64,000 bases of DNA, from positions 32,001 through 96,000 of the forward strand of contig CAWJQI010000001.1 of assembly GCA_963845085.1 (NCBI GenBank). Direction: 5' to 3'. The notes beneath the pieces were generated by a model. It was not told the DNA's origin, searched no databases, and saw nothing but the letters and a program-made list of their open reading frames with translations. Source of the DNA: Candidatus Fermentibacterota bacterium. GTDB lineage: Bacteria > Fermentibacterota > Fermentibacteria > Fermentibacterales > JCC-6. Below, piece by piece: positions 30,519 to 39,570 of the stretch (position 1 is its first letter; each line of letters opens with the position of its first letter). The position numbers and the translations under genes are program-made.

Positions 30519-31364
30519 TCAGACGGCCTCGAGATCCCCAATGAGCTCGAAGAGGTACTCCCGGGACCAGTCCTTGAAAGCGGCCGGATTCGAAACAAAC
30601 GGGGCCGCCTCCTGCTTCGCCTTCACAATGTCAAGCGCCTTGACCTTGTTCAGAAGGCCGGTCTGGACCCTGTCGAGAGTGAGCTGAGCGGTCTCGTCAC
30701 AGAAATCCCCCGAGCTTCTGAGCCTTGCCTCGAGATTATCGAGGCGCACCTCGGGACAGGAGATGACGAACCACTCGAAATCGAACCAGTCCACGCCATT
30801 GGCTGTGGCCCTGTCCGAGAGGAGGGTGTGGATCTTCATCGCGAACGCATCGGGCAGCGAGACGGCGGGAACCGGGAAGGGAACGGGCCTCTGCAGGAAC
30901 TTCTCATCGGTGAGGAAGGCTGCCGCCGGGGCGGTGTCGACGTTGATCGGTATCCTGATGACCTTTCTGTAGTGGAAGCCTTCCACCACGGCATCGGGAG
31001 CGCCGATGTCCTGCATCAGCTTCCTGATGACACCCTTCACCATCACGCCTGCCGAGCCCTCCCTGCACATCTCGGCGCTGAGGCCGAAACGGGAGAGCTG
31101 CGCGGCAACTGAGTCAGCGTATTTCATCACCTGGAACGAGGGATCAGGCTTCCGGAGGCAGAAATCGAGGCTGTCGCAGGACCTCTGAAGCCCGTGAAGG
31201 ACCCTCAGGGCCGTTCCACCGAAGAATGCGGCCCTGTCGAAAAAGCCGCCTTCCCGAAGGCCAAGCAGGACGACCTCCTGCAGTATCTCCCTCAAAGCCT
31301 TCAGATAGTCGTCACCGCTTTCGCAGGCGTAATCCGCGAGCATACCCTTCACTGCATTGTGCAT
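30519..31364 (-). CDS. AbiEii-family nucleotidyltransferase, degenerate and orphan
   Basis: ALREILQEVVL...AAFFGGTALRVLHGL.R...LDF; AMKIH...DWFDFEW. Confidence 0.75.
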   Translation of the reverse strand: MHNAVKGMLADYACESGDDYLKALREILQEVVLLGLREGGFFDRAAFFGGTALRVLHGLQRSCDSLDFCLRKPDPSFQVMKYADSVAAQLSRFGLSAEMCREGSAGVMVKGVIRKLMQDIGAPDAVVEGFHYRKVIRIPINVDTAPAAAFLTDEKFLQRPVPFPVPAVSLPDAFAMKIHTLLSDRATANGVDWFDFEWFVISCPEVRLDNLEARLRSSGDFCDETAQLTLDRVQTGLLNKVKALDIVKAKQEAAPFVSNPAAFKDWSREYLFELIGDLEAV

Positions 31365-31490
31365 GGCGGCTCCTAACGTTACGGGTGTCAGTGTCACCGG
31401 TTGGAATGCAGATAATGCAGCAGTCTTGCCGCTTGTGCAATACCGGAAGGCCCCGGGCGCGTTCGCCCGGGGCCGTAAACGGTCCGCCCT

Positions 31491-32207
31491 CTACTTGGGC
31501 AGCTTCTTCAGGCAGAGGAACCAGTCGAGGCACTCGTAGTCGGCTCCCGCGCCCTTCACCCTCTCGTTGGCCGCATCGGTGGTGGGAGGCGGCGGAATGA
31601 TCACCTTGTCGCCGGGACGCCAGTCCGCGGGGGTTGCGACCTTGTACTTGTCCGAGGTCTGCATGGCCTGGAGCAGACGCTTCAGTTCGTCGAAATTGCG
31701 ACCGTTGGCGAGGGGGTAGTAGATCAATGCCCTGACCTTCGCATCGGGATCGATGAAGAAGACGGCCCTCACTGCCTGGGTGTCGCTCGCCCCGGGCTGC
31801 ACCATTCCGTACCTGTAGGCAACATCCATGGTGAGGTCGGCTATCACGGGGAAGTCGACCTTCATGCCCTTCATGCCGTTCCAGGCGATCTTCTCCTCGA
31901 TGGTGCGCAGCCAGGCAATGTGGCTGAAGTGGCTGTCGATGGAGAGCCCGATGAGTTCGCAGTTGAGTTCCCTGAACTCCTCCTGCATGCGGGCAAAGGT
32001 CATGAACTCCGTGGTGCACACCGGCGTGAAATCCGCGGGGTGGCTGAAGAGGATCACCCATTTCCCCTCGTAATCATCGGGAAAGTTGATGGTGCCCTTC
32101 GTGGTTACGGCGGTGAAGGCAGGCGCCGGGTCCCCGATGAGAGGGATGGAGGGGTAGGCATCCTCCTCGCAGCAGCACTCCGAGTCGTGCTCATGATTGT
32201 CGCACAT
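31491..32207 (-). CDS. Peroxiredoxin (Prx6/archaeal-type)
   Basis: FSHPADFTPVCTTEF, GRNFDE, TPADW. Confidence 0.95.
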   Translation of the reverse strand: MCDNHEHDSECCCEEDAYPSIPLIGDPAPAFTAVTTKGTINFPDDYEGKWVILFSHPADFTPVCTTEFMTFARMQEEFRELNCELIGLSIDSHFSHIAWLRTIEEKIAWNGMKGMKVDFPVIADLTMDVAYRYGMVQPGASDTQAVRAVFFIDPDAKVRALIYYPLANGRNFDELKRLLQAMQTSDKYKVATPADWRPGDKVIIPPPPTTDAANERVKGAGADYECLDWFLCLKKLPK

Positions 32208-32210
32208 ATG

Positions 32211-33724
32211 TCACTCCTTTCGCGGTGAGGTGGCCCTCACCCTTTCTTCCTGGCTCATTGCTGCCAGTTCACTGATTTCCTTCGGATTCAGTCCGAGAGC
32301 TTCCGCCACGCTGGAGCCAAAGTCGGCGTCGGCCTTTGCGAAGAGCGCTGTCTGCCTCTTCTGGATGTGTTTGGCAGCGTTGCCGAGGTGTCCCTTCAGG
32401 TTGCTTACGAGGTGCTCCCGATCGAGGTCGGTCATGACCCTTCTGTACAGCTCGCCGGCCTGGATGAAGTCAAGATCGGTGAGCGCGACAGGGTGACGGT
32501 CGGCCATGCCGAAAACGTCTATCGGGGGAAGGGCCGCCCCCGCGTCGGGTGCCGGGGTTCCGTGGCTGTTCGGCCAGTAGTTGGGAGCCGCGCCGCCGTT
32601 GCCGTCAACCCGCATCGCCCCGTCCCGCTGGTAGTTCACGGACCCCGCGGCTTTGGGGGCGTTCACGGGGATCAGGTGGTAATTGGGACCGAGCCTGTGC
32701 CTGTGAGCGTCGTGGTAGCCGAATATCCTGGCCTGCATCATCCGGTCGGGCGACGGACCTATTCCCGGAACCAGGTTGCCGGGCGAAAATGCCGCCTGCT
32801 CAACATCGGCGAAGTAGTTACCGGGGTTCCGGTTGAGCACCAGCCTTCCCACCGGGATCGGCGGAAACTCCCCGTGCGGCCAGACCTTCGTCACGTCGAA
32901 GGGATCGTAGCGGAAGGTGGCTGCCTGCTCGGGCGTCATCACCTGGACCTCGAGAAGCCAGGAGGGGAACACCTCCTCCGAGATGGCATCGAAGAGGTCA
33001 CGCGTTGCTGTGTCGGGATCCGCAGCCCTCATCCTGTCGGCCTCTTCGCCCGTGAAGTTCCTGATGCCGCTCTCGGTCTTGAAGTGAAGCTTGACCCAGT
33101 TGTACTCCCCGCTCCTGTTGTACCACATGAAGGCGTGACCGCCGTAACCGTTCATCGAACGGTAGTTTTTCGGCGTGCCGCGGTCGGAGAAGAGGATGGT
33201 CACCTGGTGGACGGATTCGGGAGTGAGGCTGAGAAAGTCCCAGAAGGCGTCGGGGTCTTTCAGGTTGGTCTCCGGGTTCCTCTTCTGGGTGTGGATGAAA
33301 TCAGGGAACTTGATGGCGTCGCGTATGAAGAAGACCGGGGTGTTGTTCCCCACCATGTCGAAATTGCCCTCTTCGGTGTAGAACTTGACCGCGAAGCCGC
33401 GGGGGTCCCTCTCCGAATCGGCCGATCCCTTCTCCCCCCCACTGTCGAGAACCGTGCAAAGACATCCGTCTTCTTCCCCACCCCGGACAGGAAGGAGGCA
33501 CAGGTGAGTTTCGAGACGTCATGAGTCACCTCGAAGAAACCGAAGGCTCCGGCTCCCTTGGCATGAACGACGCGTTCGGGGATCCTCTCCCTGTTGAAGT
33601 GGGCAAGCTTTTCGACGAGATGAACATCCTCGATGAGAACGGGCCCCCTGGGACCGGTCGTCATCGAGGTGAGATCGCTGTCGACAGGCTTTCCGAAGTT
33701 GGTCGTCAGTGCTTTTTTGTTCAC
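32211..33724 (-). CDS. katA: Monofunctional heme catalase (frameshift near 33435)
   Basis: [48 protein letters not shown]. Confidence 0.93.
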
Positions 33725-34176
33725 TTCGCTCCTCCCTTCTCCTCCTTCTCAAGACAGCTCCTGCAAACTCCCCTTACCTCGATTCGGGAACCCCTCACAA
33801 GACCGATGGCCGCTGCCTGCTCGGGCACCGGGACAGCGTCAAGCTCGGGGCAGACAAAATCGTACGCCCTGCCGCACAAAACGCACAGGAAGTGGTGATG
33901 CGGGCTGGGATCGGCATCGAAACGCACCCTCTCGCTGGATGATCCGACGGGGTGGATCACTCCAAGGCCGGAGAGGGTCCTCATGGTCCTGTAGACTGTG
34001 TCGAGCGATATCGAGGGCACCCTGGTCCGAACCGCATCGTAAACTTCGCCCACGCTGGGATGCCCCTTCGCATAGACTATCTCACGGATTATCTCAAGGC
34101 GCTGCCGTGTGATCTTGATTCCGGCCTGCCTGAGGGTGTTTCGAAGGCACTGCACCATGTCCGCCCGATCGCTCAC
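33721..34176 (-). CDS. Fur-family regulator, PerR-like
   Basis: [30 protein letters not shown]; first gene of the catalase-peroxiredoxin operon. Confidence 0.9.
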   Translation of the reverse strand: MSDRADMVQCLRNTLRQAGIKITRQRLEIIREIVYAKGHPSVGEVYDAVRTRVPSISLDTVYRTMRTLSGLGVIHPVGSSSERVRFDADPSPHHHFLCVLCGRAYDFVCPELDAVPVPEQAAAIGLVRGSRIEVRGVCRSCLEKEEKGGAK

Positions 34177-34199
34177 GACCCTCGTTTCTTCAGAGTTAT

Positions 34200-34236
34200 C
34201 GTAATAAGAATAATTATTGTTTAACCGGATTGTCAA
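34200..34236 (-). promoter_or_regulatory. Promoter with AT-rich Fur/Per-box-like palindrome
   Basis: TTGACA at 34236-34231; palindrome AATAATTATT at 34209-34218 overlapping the -10 region, in otherwise GC-rich DNA. Confidence 0.6.
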
Positions 34237-34280
34237 TCCTCGCCGGGAAGTGCCGTGCGATGACCCTTCGGGCCCGCCTT

Positions 34281-35534
34281 TTACCGGCCGGCCCCGATGA
34301 TCCGGCCCCAGAAAGCGGAAAGCTCTCCTGCGTATCTTGATATGTTAAAGTCGGACCGGACTTTCCGCCTGCCGTTCTCCCCGAGGCGGCCCGCCAGATC
34401 CCGGTCTGTGATAAGCTTTTCAAGCGCCCCGGCGAGCGCTGCGGCGTCACCGGGTTCAACGAGCAGCCCTGACACGCCGTCCTCGATCAGTTCGGGGATG
34501 CCGGAAAGCCTTGTCGACACGGATGGCGCCCCCATTCCCATGGCTTCCATCAGTGCGACGGGAATACCGTCCATGTCGCCGTTCGGAGCGGTGACACAGG
34601 GAAGCGCGAAAACAGAACAGCCCGCCACCCTGCCGAGTGCCTCGGTGACGGGCAGCACTCCGGCAAAGCTCACCCTGTCCGAAAGCCCCCGCTCCCCCGC
34701 GATCCTCCTGAAACGGTCGAGCTCCGTTCCTTCGGGGTCCGAGCCGATGACCTCGCATGAGAAGTCGACACCACTGTCGGCCAGAATGCGGCAGGCCTCC
34801 AGCAGGACCGGTACGCCTTTTTTCGGCACGAGGCCGCTTGCGATGCAGACCACCCTCGGAACCCCGGGGCAGGGCTTCCATTCGGGGAGTGCGCCGGGAT
34901 CCAGGCCGAGCCTTGAGACCATGATGCCCCCGCGCAGGGAGTCTCCCCATCTGTCCGCCATGAAATCCCTGTTGAAGGACGATATGGTATGAATGCCGGA
35001 AGCGGCGCCAAGGAGCATTGCGACCCTGCCGGGGTCCTTCGGACAGAAGATGTCGGTCGCGTGGGTTGTCACCGTGAAGGGCAGACCGATCAGCCTGGAA
35101 ACGTAGTGGGCAACGTGGGCGGTGTCCTTTGCGAAGTGCGTGTGAAGAAGCGCTGAACCCCGAACCCCTCCCCCTGCTGCCAGACGGACGGCAACAAGAA
35201 AATAGCGGAACGTGCCGGAACGGATCGACTGCAGCGCAAGCGCGGCCGTTCTGAAGGGTCTGCGCAGAAAGCTCACCACAAGCCAGGGCAATGCCTTCGG
35301 AAGAAGGCTGTGAGCGGGCAGCGCGCACCAGTCGAGGCGGATGTCACATATGCAGCCCCTGGAACCGCCTTCGAGTATCCTTTCCCAGAGGCCGGTGAAG
35401 GGGGTGCCCACCGGCAGATGGACCTCAAGCGGCACGGACAGTTTTGAAAGCTCCTCCAGTTCACGTGCAACATAGGTCGGAAGAAAGCTCAGCAGGTAGC
35501 AGATGCGCCCCGGGGCGGCTTCATCGGTCCGCAT
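34281..35534 (-). CDS. GT4 glycosyltransferase
   Basis: HTHFA, LVPKKG, DMDGIPVALMEAM. Confidence 0.9.
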   Translation of the reverse strand: MRTDEAAPGRICYLLSFLPTYVARELEELSKLSVPLEVHLPVGTPFTGLWERILEGGSRGCICDIRLDWCALPAHSLLPKALPWLVVSFLRRPFRTAALALQSIRSGTFRYFLVAVRLAAGGGVRGSALLHTHFAKDTAHVAHYVSRLIGLPFTVTTHATDIFCPKDPGRVAMLLGAASGIHTISSFNRDFMADRWGDSLRGGIMVSRLGLDPGALPEWKPCPGVPRVVCIASGLVPKKGVPVLLEACRILADSGVDFSCEVIGSDPEGTELDRFRRIAGERGLSDRVSFAGVLPVTEALGRVAGCSVFALPCVTAPNGDMDGIPVALMEAMGMGAPSVSTRLSGIPELIEDGVSGLLVEPGDAAALAGALEKLITDRDLAGRLGENGRRKVRSDFNISRYAGELSAFWGRIIGAGR

Positions 35535-36849
35535 CCCGCCCCCCGTCTTTCGCCCTGTGCGCCTTTCGCTTCCCCCTGCAGGCCGATACCTCGTCCAGAA
35601 AGGCTGCGAACCGCTTCGTGATGTTCCTTGCGTCAAACGTGCCGGCCACATCGGCAAGGTCGACCGCACGCGCGAGGCTTCCGCTCTTCCAGGCTTCGAG
35701 CGCCGTGGAAAGAGCCGCTGCAAAGCCTTCGGCCGTTGGGGGATGGACCCATCCGGCATTGAATCTCCTGATGTGCGCGGTCAGGTCCCCTTCGGGCGCC
35801 AGCGCAATTATCGGCTTCCCGGTCCTCAGGTATTCCGCCAGTTTGGAGGGAGTTTTAAGCTCTGAACCCGGAAGGTCCGAAAGAACAGCAAGCAGAACAT
35901 CAGAGGCCATCTGCACTTCCGGCACTTTCTGGAACGGCACCGTGCCCGTCAGCTCCAGATGCCCGCTCAGCCCTTCCGCGAAACCGCCCCGAAGTGAGGG
36001 ACACTGCGAGTTCCCGACGAAACGCACCAGCAGCGGCGCTTCAGGGTTCGATTCGAGAAACATCCTGAGACCCCTGACAAGGAATTCAGGGCTGTTCGTT
36101 CCGAAAAAATTCCCCGTATATGTGACGATCATGCGGGAACCCCTGCCCACGGGCGGTGCAGGGAGTTCAATCGCCGGGTCGTACCCGTTCTCAACAACCT
36201 GTGCGGCGGGGCAGCCTTTTCCGTAGGTTTTCCTGAAGTACTCAACGGATCCGACGGTGGTCGCCGCGATCCCATCGGCCCGGGTGACGATGAAACGCTC
36301 GAGCACCGATGCGGCAGCCCTGTGAAAGGCTGAGGGCCAGCTCACATACGAATCCTTCACCCACAGGTCGCCGAAAAAGGGCACATGGGGGATTCCTGCG
36401 AACCGCGCAATGAGCCTCCCGTGAAGGTGAAGCGAGTGATGCGGCCCGAACGACACCACTGCCGAAGCGCCTTCCCGGTGCGCTTTCCTGATCCCGGCCG
36501 GAACTACGAACGGCATCCATGCGACAAGCCTGTCCGGGATGAAAAGGGTGTTCATCAGCCCTGAGGGACTGGACGACTGTGCCTCGGAATCCGCCCTCCG
36601 TGCTCCGTCCAGCCTGGTGCGTCGAAACAGCGCCGCAGGATCGGGGTTCGTAACCCTTGTTACGGAAAGGCCCGCCGGAAGGCTTTTCTCCAGGGTGGAA
36701 TCGGCGGGCAGGCCGCGCGGTCGCTTCAGCGTGAGGGGCAACATCTCCCAGCCCGACAGGGGCATGTACGTCGAAAGGTTCAGGATGACGGGGGTTGCCC
36801 CGCTTGTGAGGGGGGGGAAATTGCTGCAGATGAAGATGAACCTTTTCAT
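35521..36849 (-). CDS. GT4 glycosyltransferase
   Basis: NFPPL, IPDRL..W, ENGYD, YTGNF, PSKLAEYL. Confidence 0.88.
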   Translation of the reverse strand: MKRFIFICSNFPPLTSGATPVILNLSTYMPLSGWEMLPLTLKRPRGLPADSTLEKSLPAGLSVTRVTNPDPAALFRRTRLDGARRADSEAQSSSPSGLMNTLFIPDRLVAWMPFVVPAGIRKAHREGASAVVSFGPHHSLHLHGRLIARFAGIPHVPFFGDLWVKDSYVSWPSAFHRAAASVLERFIVTRADGIAATTVGSVEYFRKTYGKGCPAAQVVENGYDPAIELPAPPVGRGSRMIVTYTGNFFGTNSPEFLVRGLRMFLESNPEAPLLVRFVGNSQCPSLRGGFAEGLSGHLELTGTVPFQKVPEVQMASDVLLAVLSDLPGSELKTPSKLAEYLRTGKPIIALAPEGDLTAHIRRFNAGWVHPPTAEGFAAALSTALEAWKSGSLARAVDLADVAGTFDARNITKRFAAFLDEVSACRGKRKAHRAKDGGRDADR

Positions 36850-38108
36850 GGCCTCAGGCTTTCATATAGCTTCTGCAGCCTGCCGGCCTGGACGGGCCAG
36901 TTGTAACGTTCGAGCGCCGCGGCCCTTCCCCTCTCGCCCATTTTCTTCATCTCGAGCGGAGAGCCTGTCATTTCCGTTATGGCATCAGCGATCGACCGGG
37001 GGTCCTGGTCCTGAAGAAGGATTCCGCACCTGCTTTCCTCGATCACCCTCCTCATCTCGGGAAAGCCGCTGGCTATGACGGGCACCCCGGCCATCATGTA
37101 CTCGTAGAGCTTGTTGGGAAGCGAGTAATAGTGATTGAGGCAGGTGTTCCTGAAAAGGATCAAGCCTGCATCCGCCGAGACGGTGACCTCGGGCAGCCTT
37201 TCGGAGGGAACGGGCGGCAGAAGGAATACTTTTCCCTCAAGACCCATCTCGCGGTGCAGCTCATGAAGATGCCCCCCCCAGGCATCGTGGCCCACTATCA
37301 CGATGGCCGCCGAACCGGGAGCGAGAAGGGCGGCCGCCTGCAGCAGCTCCTCGAGCCCCCTTTCCGGGCAGATGATCCCCTGGTACAGCACAACTGGAGT
37401 CCCTGCGGGAATGCCGAGCTTCCCGTGAAGCGATTCCCGAACCGGGAAAAGGTCGAAAGGTTCAGCGCTGTTCTCAACGATGGTCACCCTGCCCCTCAGC
37501 GAGGGGTACATCTCCTCCATGGCGGCCCCCCTTGAAGGAGTGACCGCAATAACGGCATCGGCACGGCCGATGAGACGGCGCTCGGTCAGCCTGTACCTAA
37601 GCCTGTTGAGCGCCCCCGTCTCGCGCAGATACCGGGCCGACTCCAGCCACAGCTCGTGCGAATCGTACACAAGCCTGGCCTTGAGGCGACGGGCTGCCGC
37701 TGCGGAAACGAAAAGCGTGTCGAGATCGTTCGCATGAACGATGTCCGCCCCCGTCGACAGCACGGCGCGGTACAGCCTGTACTCCCAGGGAAGGTCCCTT
37801 TTCAGGTTCGTGAGCATTATTCGAATGGGGTTCCGCCTGATGAAGCGAAGAACCGCCGCCGCGAACGAGCGCTTTCCGGGCTCGGTGGCCTCGAGAACCC
37901 GCTTTCTGAGGCTGATCCTCGCGTCAGAGTCCATCCGGGGCCGGAGCACCCTGACACCGTTCCACTGCTCTTCGGAAGGGTGCCCCTCCTCCGGCTTGGA
38001 AACGATGGTCACGGCGAATCCGCAGTTTGAAAGACACAGCGCTTCCTTCTTCACCCTCGCATCGTTCCAGAGCTGGTTCTTGACCAGCATGCAGACTTTG
38101 ACTTTCAC
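36846..38108 (-). CDS. GT4 glycosyltransferase
   Basis: NDARVKKEA, HANDL, YDSHEL, SLPNKLYEYMMAG. Confidence 0.92.
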   Translation of the reverse strand: MKVKVCMLVKNQLWNDARVKKEALCLSNCGFAVTIVSKPEEGHPSEEQWNGVRVLRPRMDSDARISLRKRVLEATEPGKRSFAAAVLRFIRRNPIRIMLTNLKRDLPWEYRLYRAVLSTGADIVHANDLDTLFVSAAAARRLKARLVYDSHELWLESARYLRETGALNRLRYRLTERRLIGRADAVIAVTPSRGAAMEEMYPSLRGRVTIVENSAEPFDLFPVRESLHGKLGIPAGTPVVLYQGIICPERGLEELLQAAALLAPGSAAIVIVGHDAWGGHLHELHREMGLEGKVFLLPPVPSERLPEVTVSADAGLILFRNTCLNHYYSLPNKLYEYMMAGVPVIASGFPEMRRVIEESRCGILLQDQDPRSIADAITEMTGSPLEMKKMGERGRAAALERYNWPVQAGRLQKLYESLRP

Positions 38109-39400
38109 GGCGTGGTCACCGCCTGCCCGCTTTCGACACGGCCCACGTATCTGCATGTGATCCTGATCACCCATACCGTGCCCAACACCACTGCCACCGC
38201 GGTTGCGACAGCCGCGCCGAAGCCGCCGTAATCGCGGATGAGAAGAAGATTGAGAACCACGTTGAGAAGGGAGGATACGAGAACGGAGTAAAGCGAGTAG
38301 AGGGGCTTTCCTATGGCCAGGGCCGCCGTGGAGAAGAAACTTCCGAGAGGCCGGACGAGCATGAGGGCGCCAAGCACGACGGTGATGGGCCAGCCGTCGA
38401 CATACTTGCCGCTGAAGACGATCCCCAGTATCTGTGACGGGAACAGGACGAGTGCAACGACCGCCGGAAAGAGGATGAGTTCCGCGACCAGCACGCTGCT
38501 CCAGGTCCTGCTCACTATCATGTCACGGCGGCCCTGCTTCCACATTTGGGACAGAAGAGGCAGCAGTACCATGTTTCCTGCGGCGTTCACCATGGCGAAA
38601 ACGCCTGTCAGCGACCTGACCGCACCGTATGCGCCCACATCCTGCGGGGCTATTTTGCCGAGCATCATGATGTCGGTGCTCGTGTAGATGTAATTCGCCG
38701 CCGCGGTTCCGAGGCACACCACGGAAAACGAAAGGACCTTCCTGAAAGCCGCCGCGGATACAGCGGTTCCGACGAAGAAAAACCTTCCCGCAAGCAAAAA
38801 GCTGAGGACGAGCGACAGCATGTTCGCCGCAATGGTGGCGGCGAAGATCTGATGCCCCGTCCGCAGGCTTCCGTTCAGTATGAGGAAGCCGATTATCACG
38901 CCCCTGATCATGAACTGCAGGAGGTCGACATACATCACGTCCCTTATCCTGCGAACCGAAAGCAGGAGCGCGCGCGGTATGCCGGCCAGCGCCGCGGAAA
39001 CCACCACTCCGGCCAGAAGGGGGGCAAGCCCGGCAAGGTCCACGCCGCTGTAGAAACCCCGGGCAAGCCCTCCGGTTGCCAGCAGGGCACCGGCGGATAG
39101 AACCGCGAACACCAGCGTTAGAAGAATGCCGGCGTTCGCAAGCTCATGCTCCCGGCGTGTGTCGCCTTCGGAGACCATTTTCAGAATGGCCTGCTGGATG
39201 AATCCGCCGCCCAGAAGAAGCCCGAATGTCTCCATGGTTCGCGCCAGTGCATAGGCCGAGAATGCGTCCTCGGGTATCGCCCTGATGATGAAGATATGAA
39301 CGATACCCCAGACCGCCATCGTTCCGCGGCTTACCAGGGCGGGGGTGCCGAATCTCACGATCTTGTGCCGAAGGCTGTAAAGGTTCCTGAAGAAGTGCAT
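38105..39400 (-). CDS. Oligosaccharide flippase (Wzx/MurJ-like)
   Basis: Multi-TM protein; TDIMMLG...VGAY, LNLLLI..YGGFGAAVAT. Confidence 0.85.
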   Translation of the reverse strand: MHFFRNLYSLRHKIVRFGTPALVSRGTMAVWGIVHIFIIRAIPEDAFSAYALARTMETFGLLLGGGFIQQAILKMVSEGDTRREHELANAGILLTLVFAVLSAGALLATGGLARGFYSGVDLAGLAPLLAGVVVSAALAGIPRALLLSVRRIRDVMYVDLLQFMIRGVIIGFLILNGSLRTGHQIFAATIAANMLSLVLSFLLAGRFFFVGTAVSAAAFRKVLSFSVVCLGTAAANYIYTSTDIMMLGKIAPQDVGAYGAVRSLTGVFAMVNAAGNMVLLPLLSQMWKQGRRDMIVSRTWSSVLVAELILFPAVVALVLFPSQILGIVFSGKYVDGWPITVVLGALMLVRPLGSFFSTAALAIGKPLYSLYSVLVSSLLNVVLNLLLIRDYGGFGAAVATAVAVVLGTVWVIRITCRYVGRVESGQAVTTP

Positions 39401-39570
39401 GGTTCCTTCCGTAACAGTTCGACGGCGGTCCGGACCGGAAAGGCAGGCTGGAAAATACCCCAATCGCCGTGACGGAGCCAGAGAGTCTTTCTTTATTGAC
39501 CTCACTGCACTCCTCTATTCTATTATTCGCATTGTCAGGCAGGATCATCTCACCATCGAAGGGGTCGTCC

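Noticed and set aside
32367..33524. Long antisense ORFs (also 51049-51954, 61695-62969, 46518-47507)
   Set aside because: Shadow frames of well-supported genes in GC-rich DNA, with no motifs of their own.
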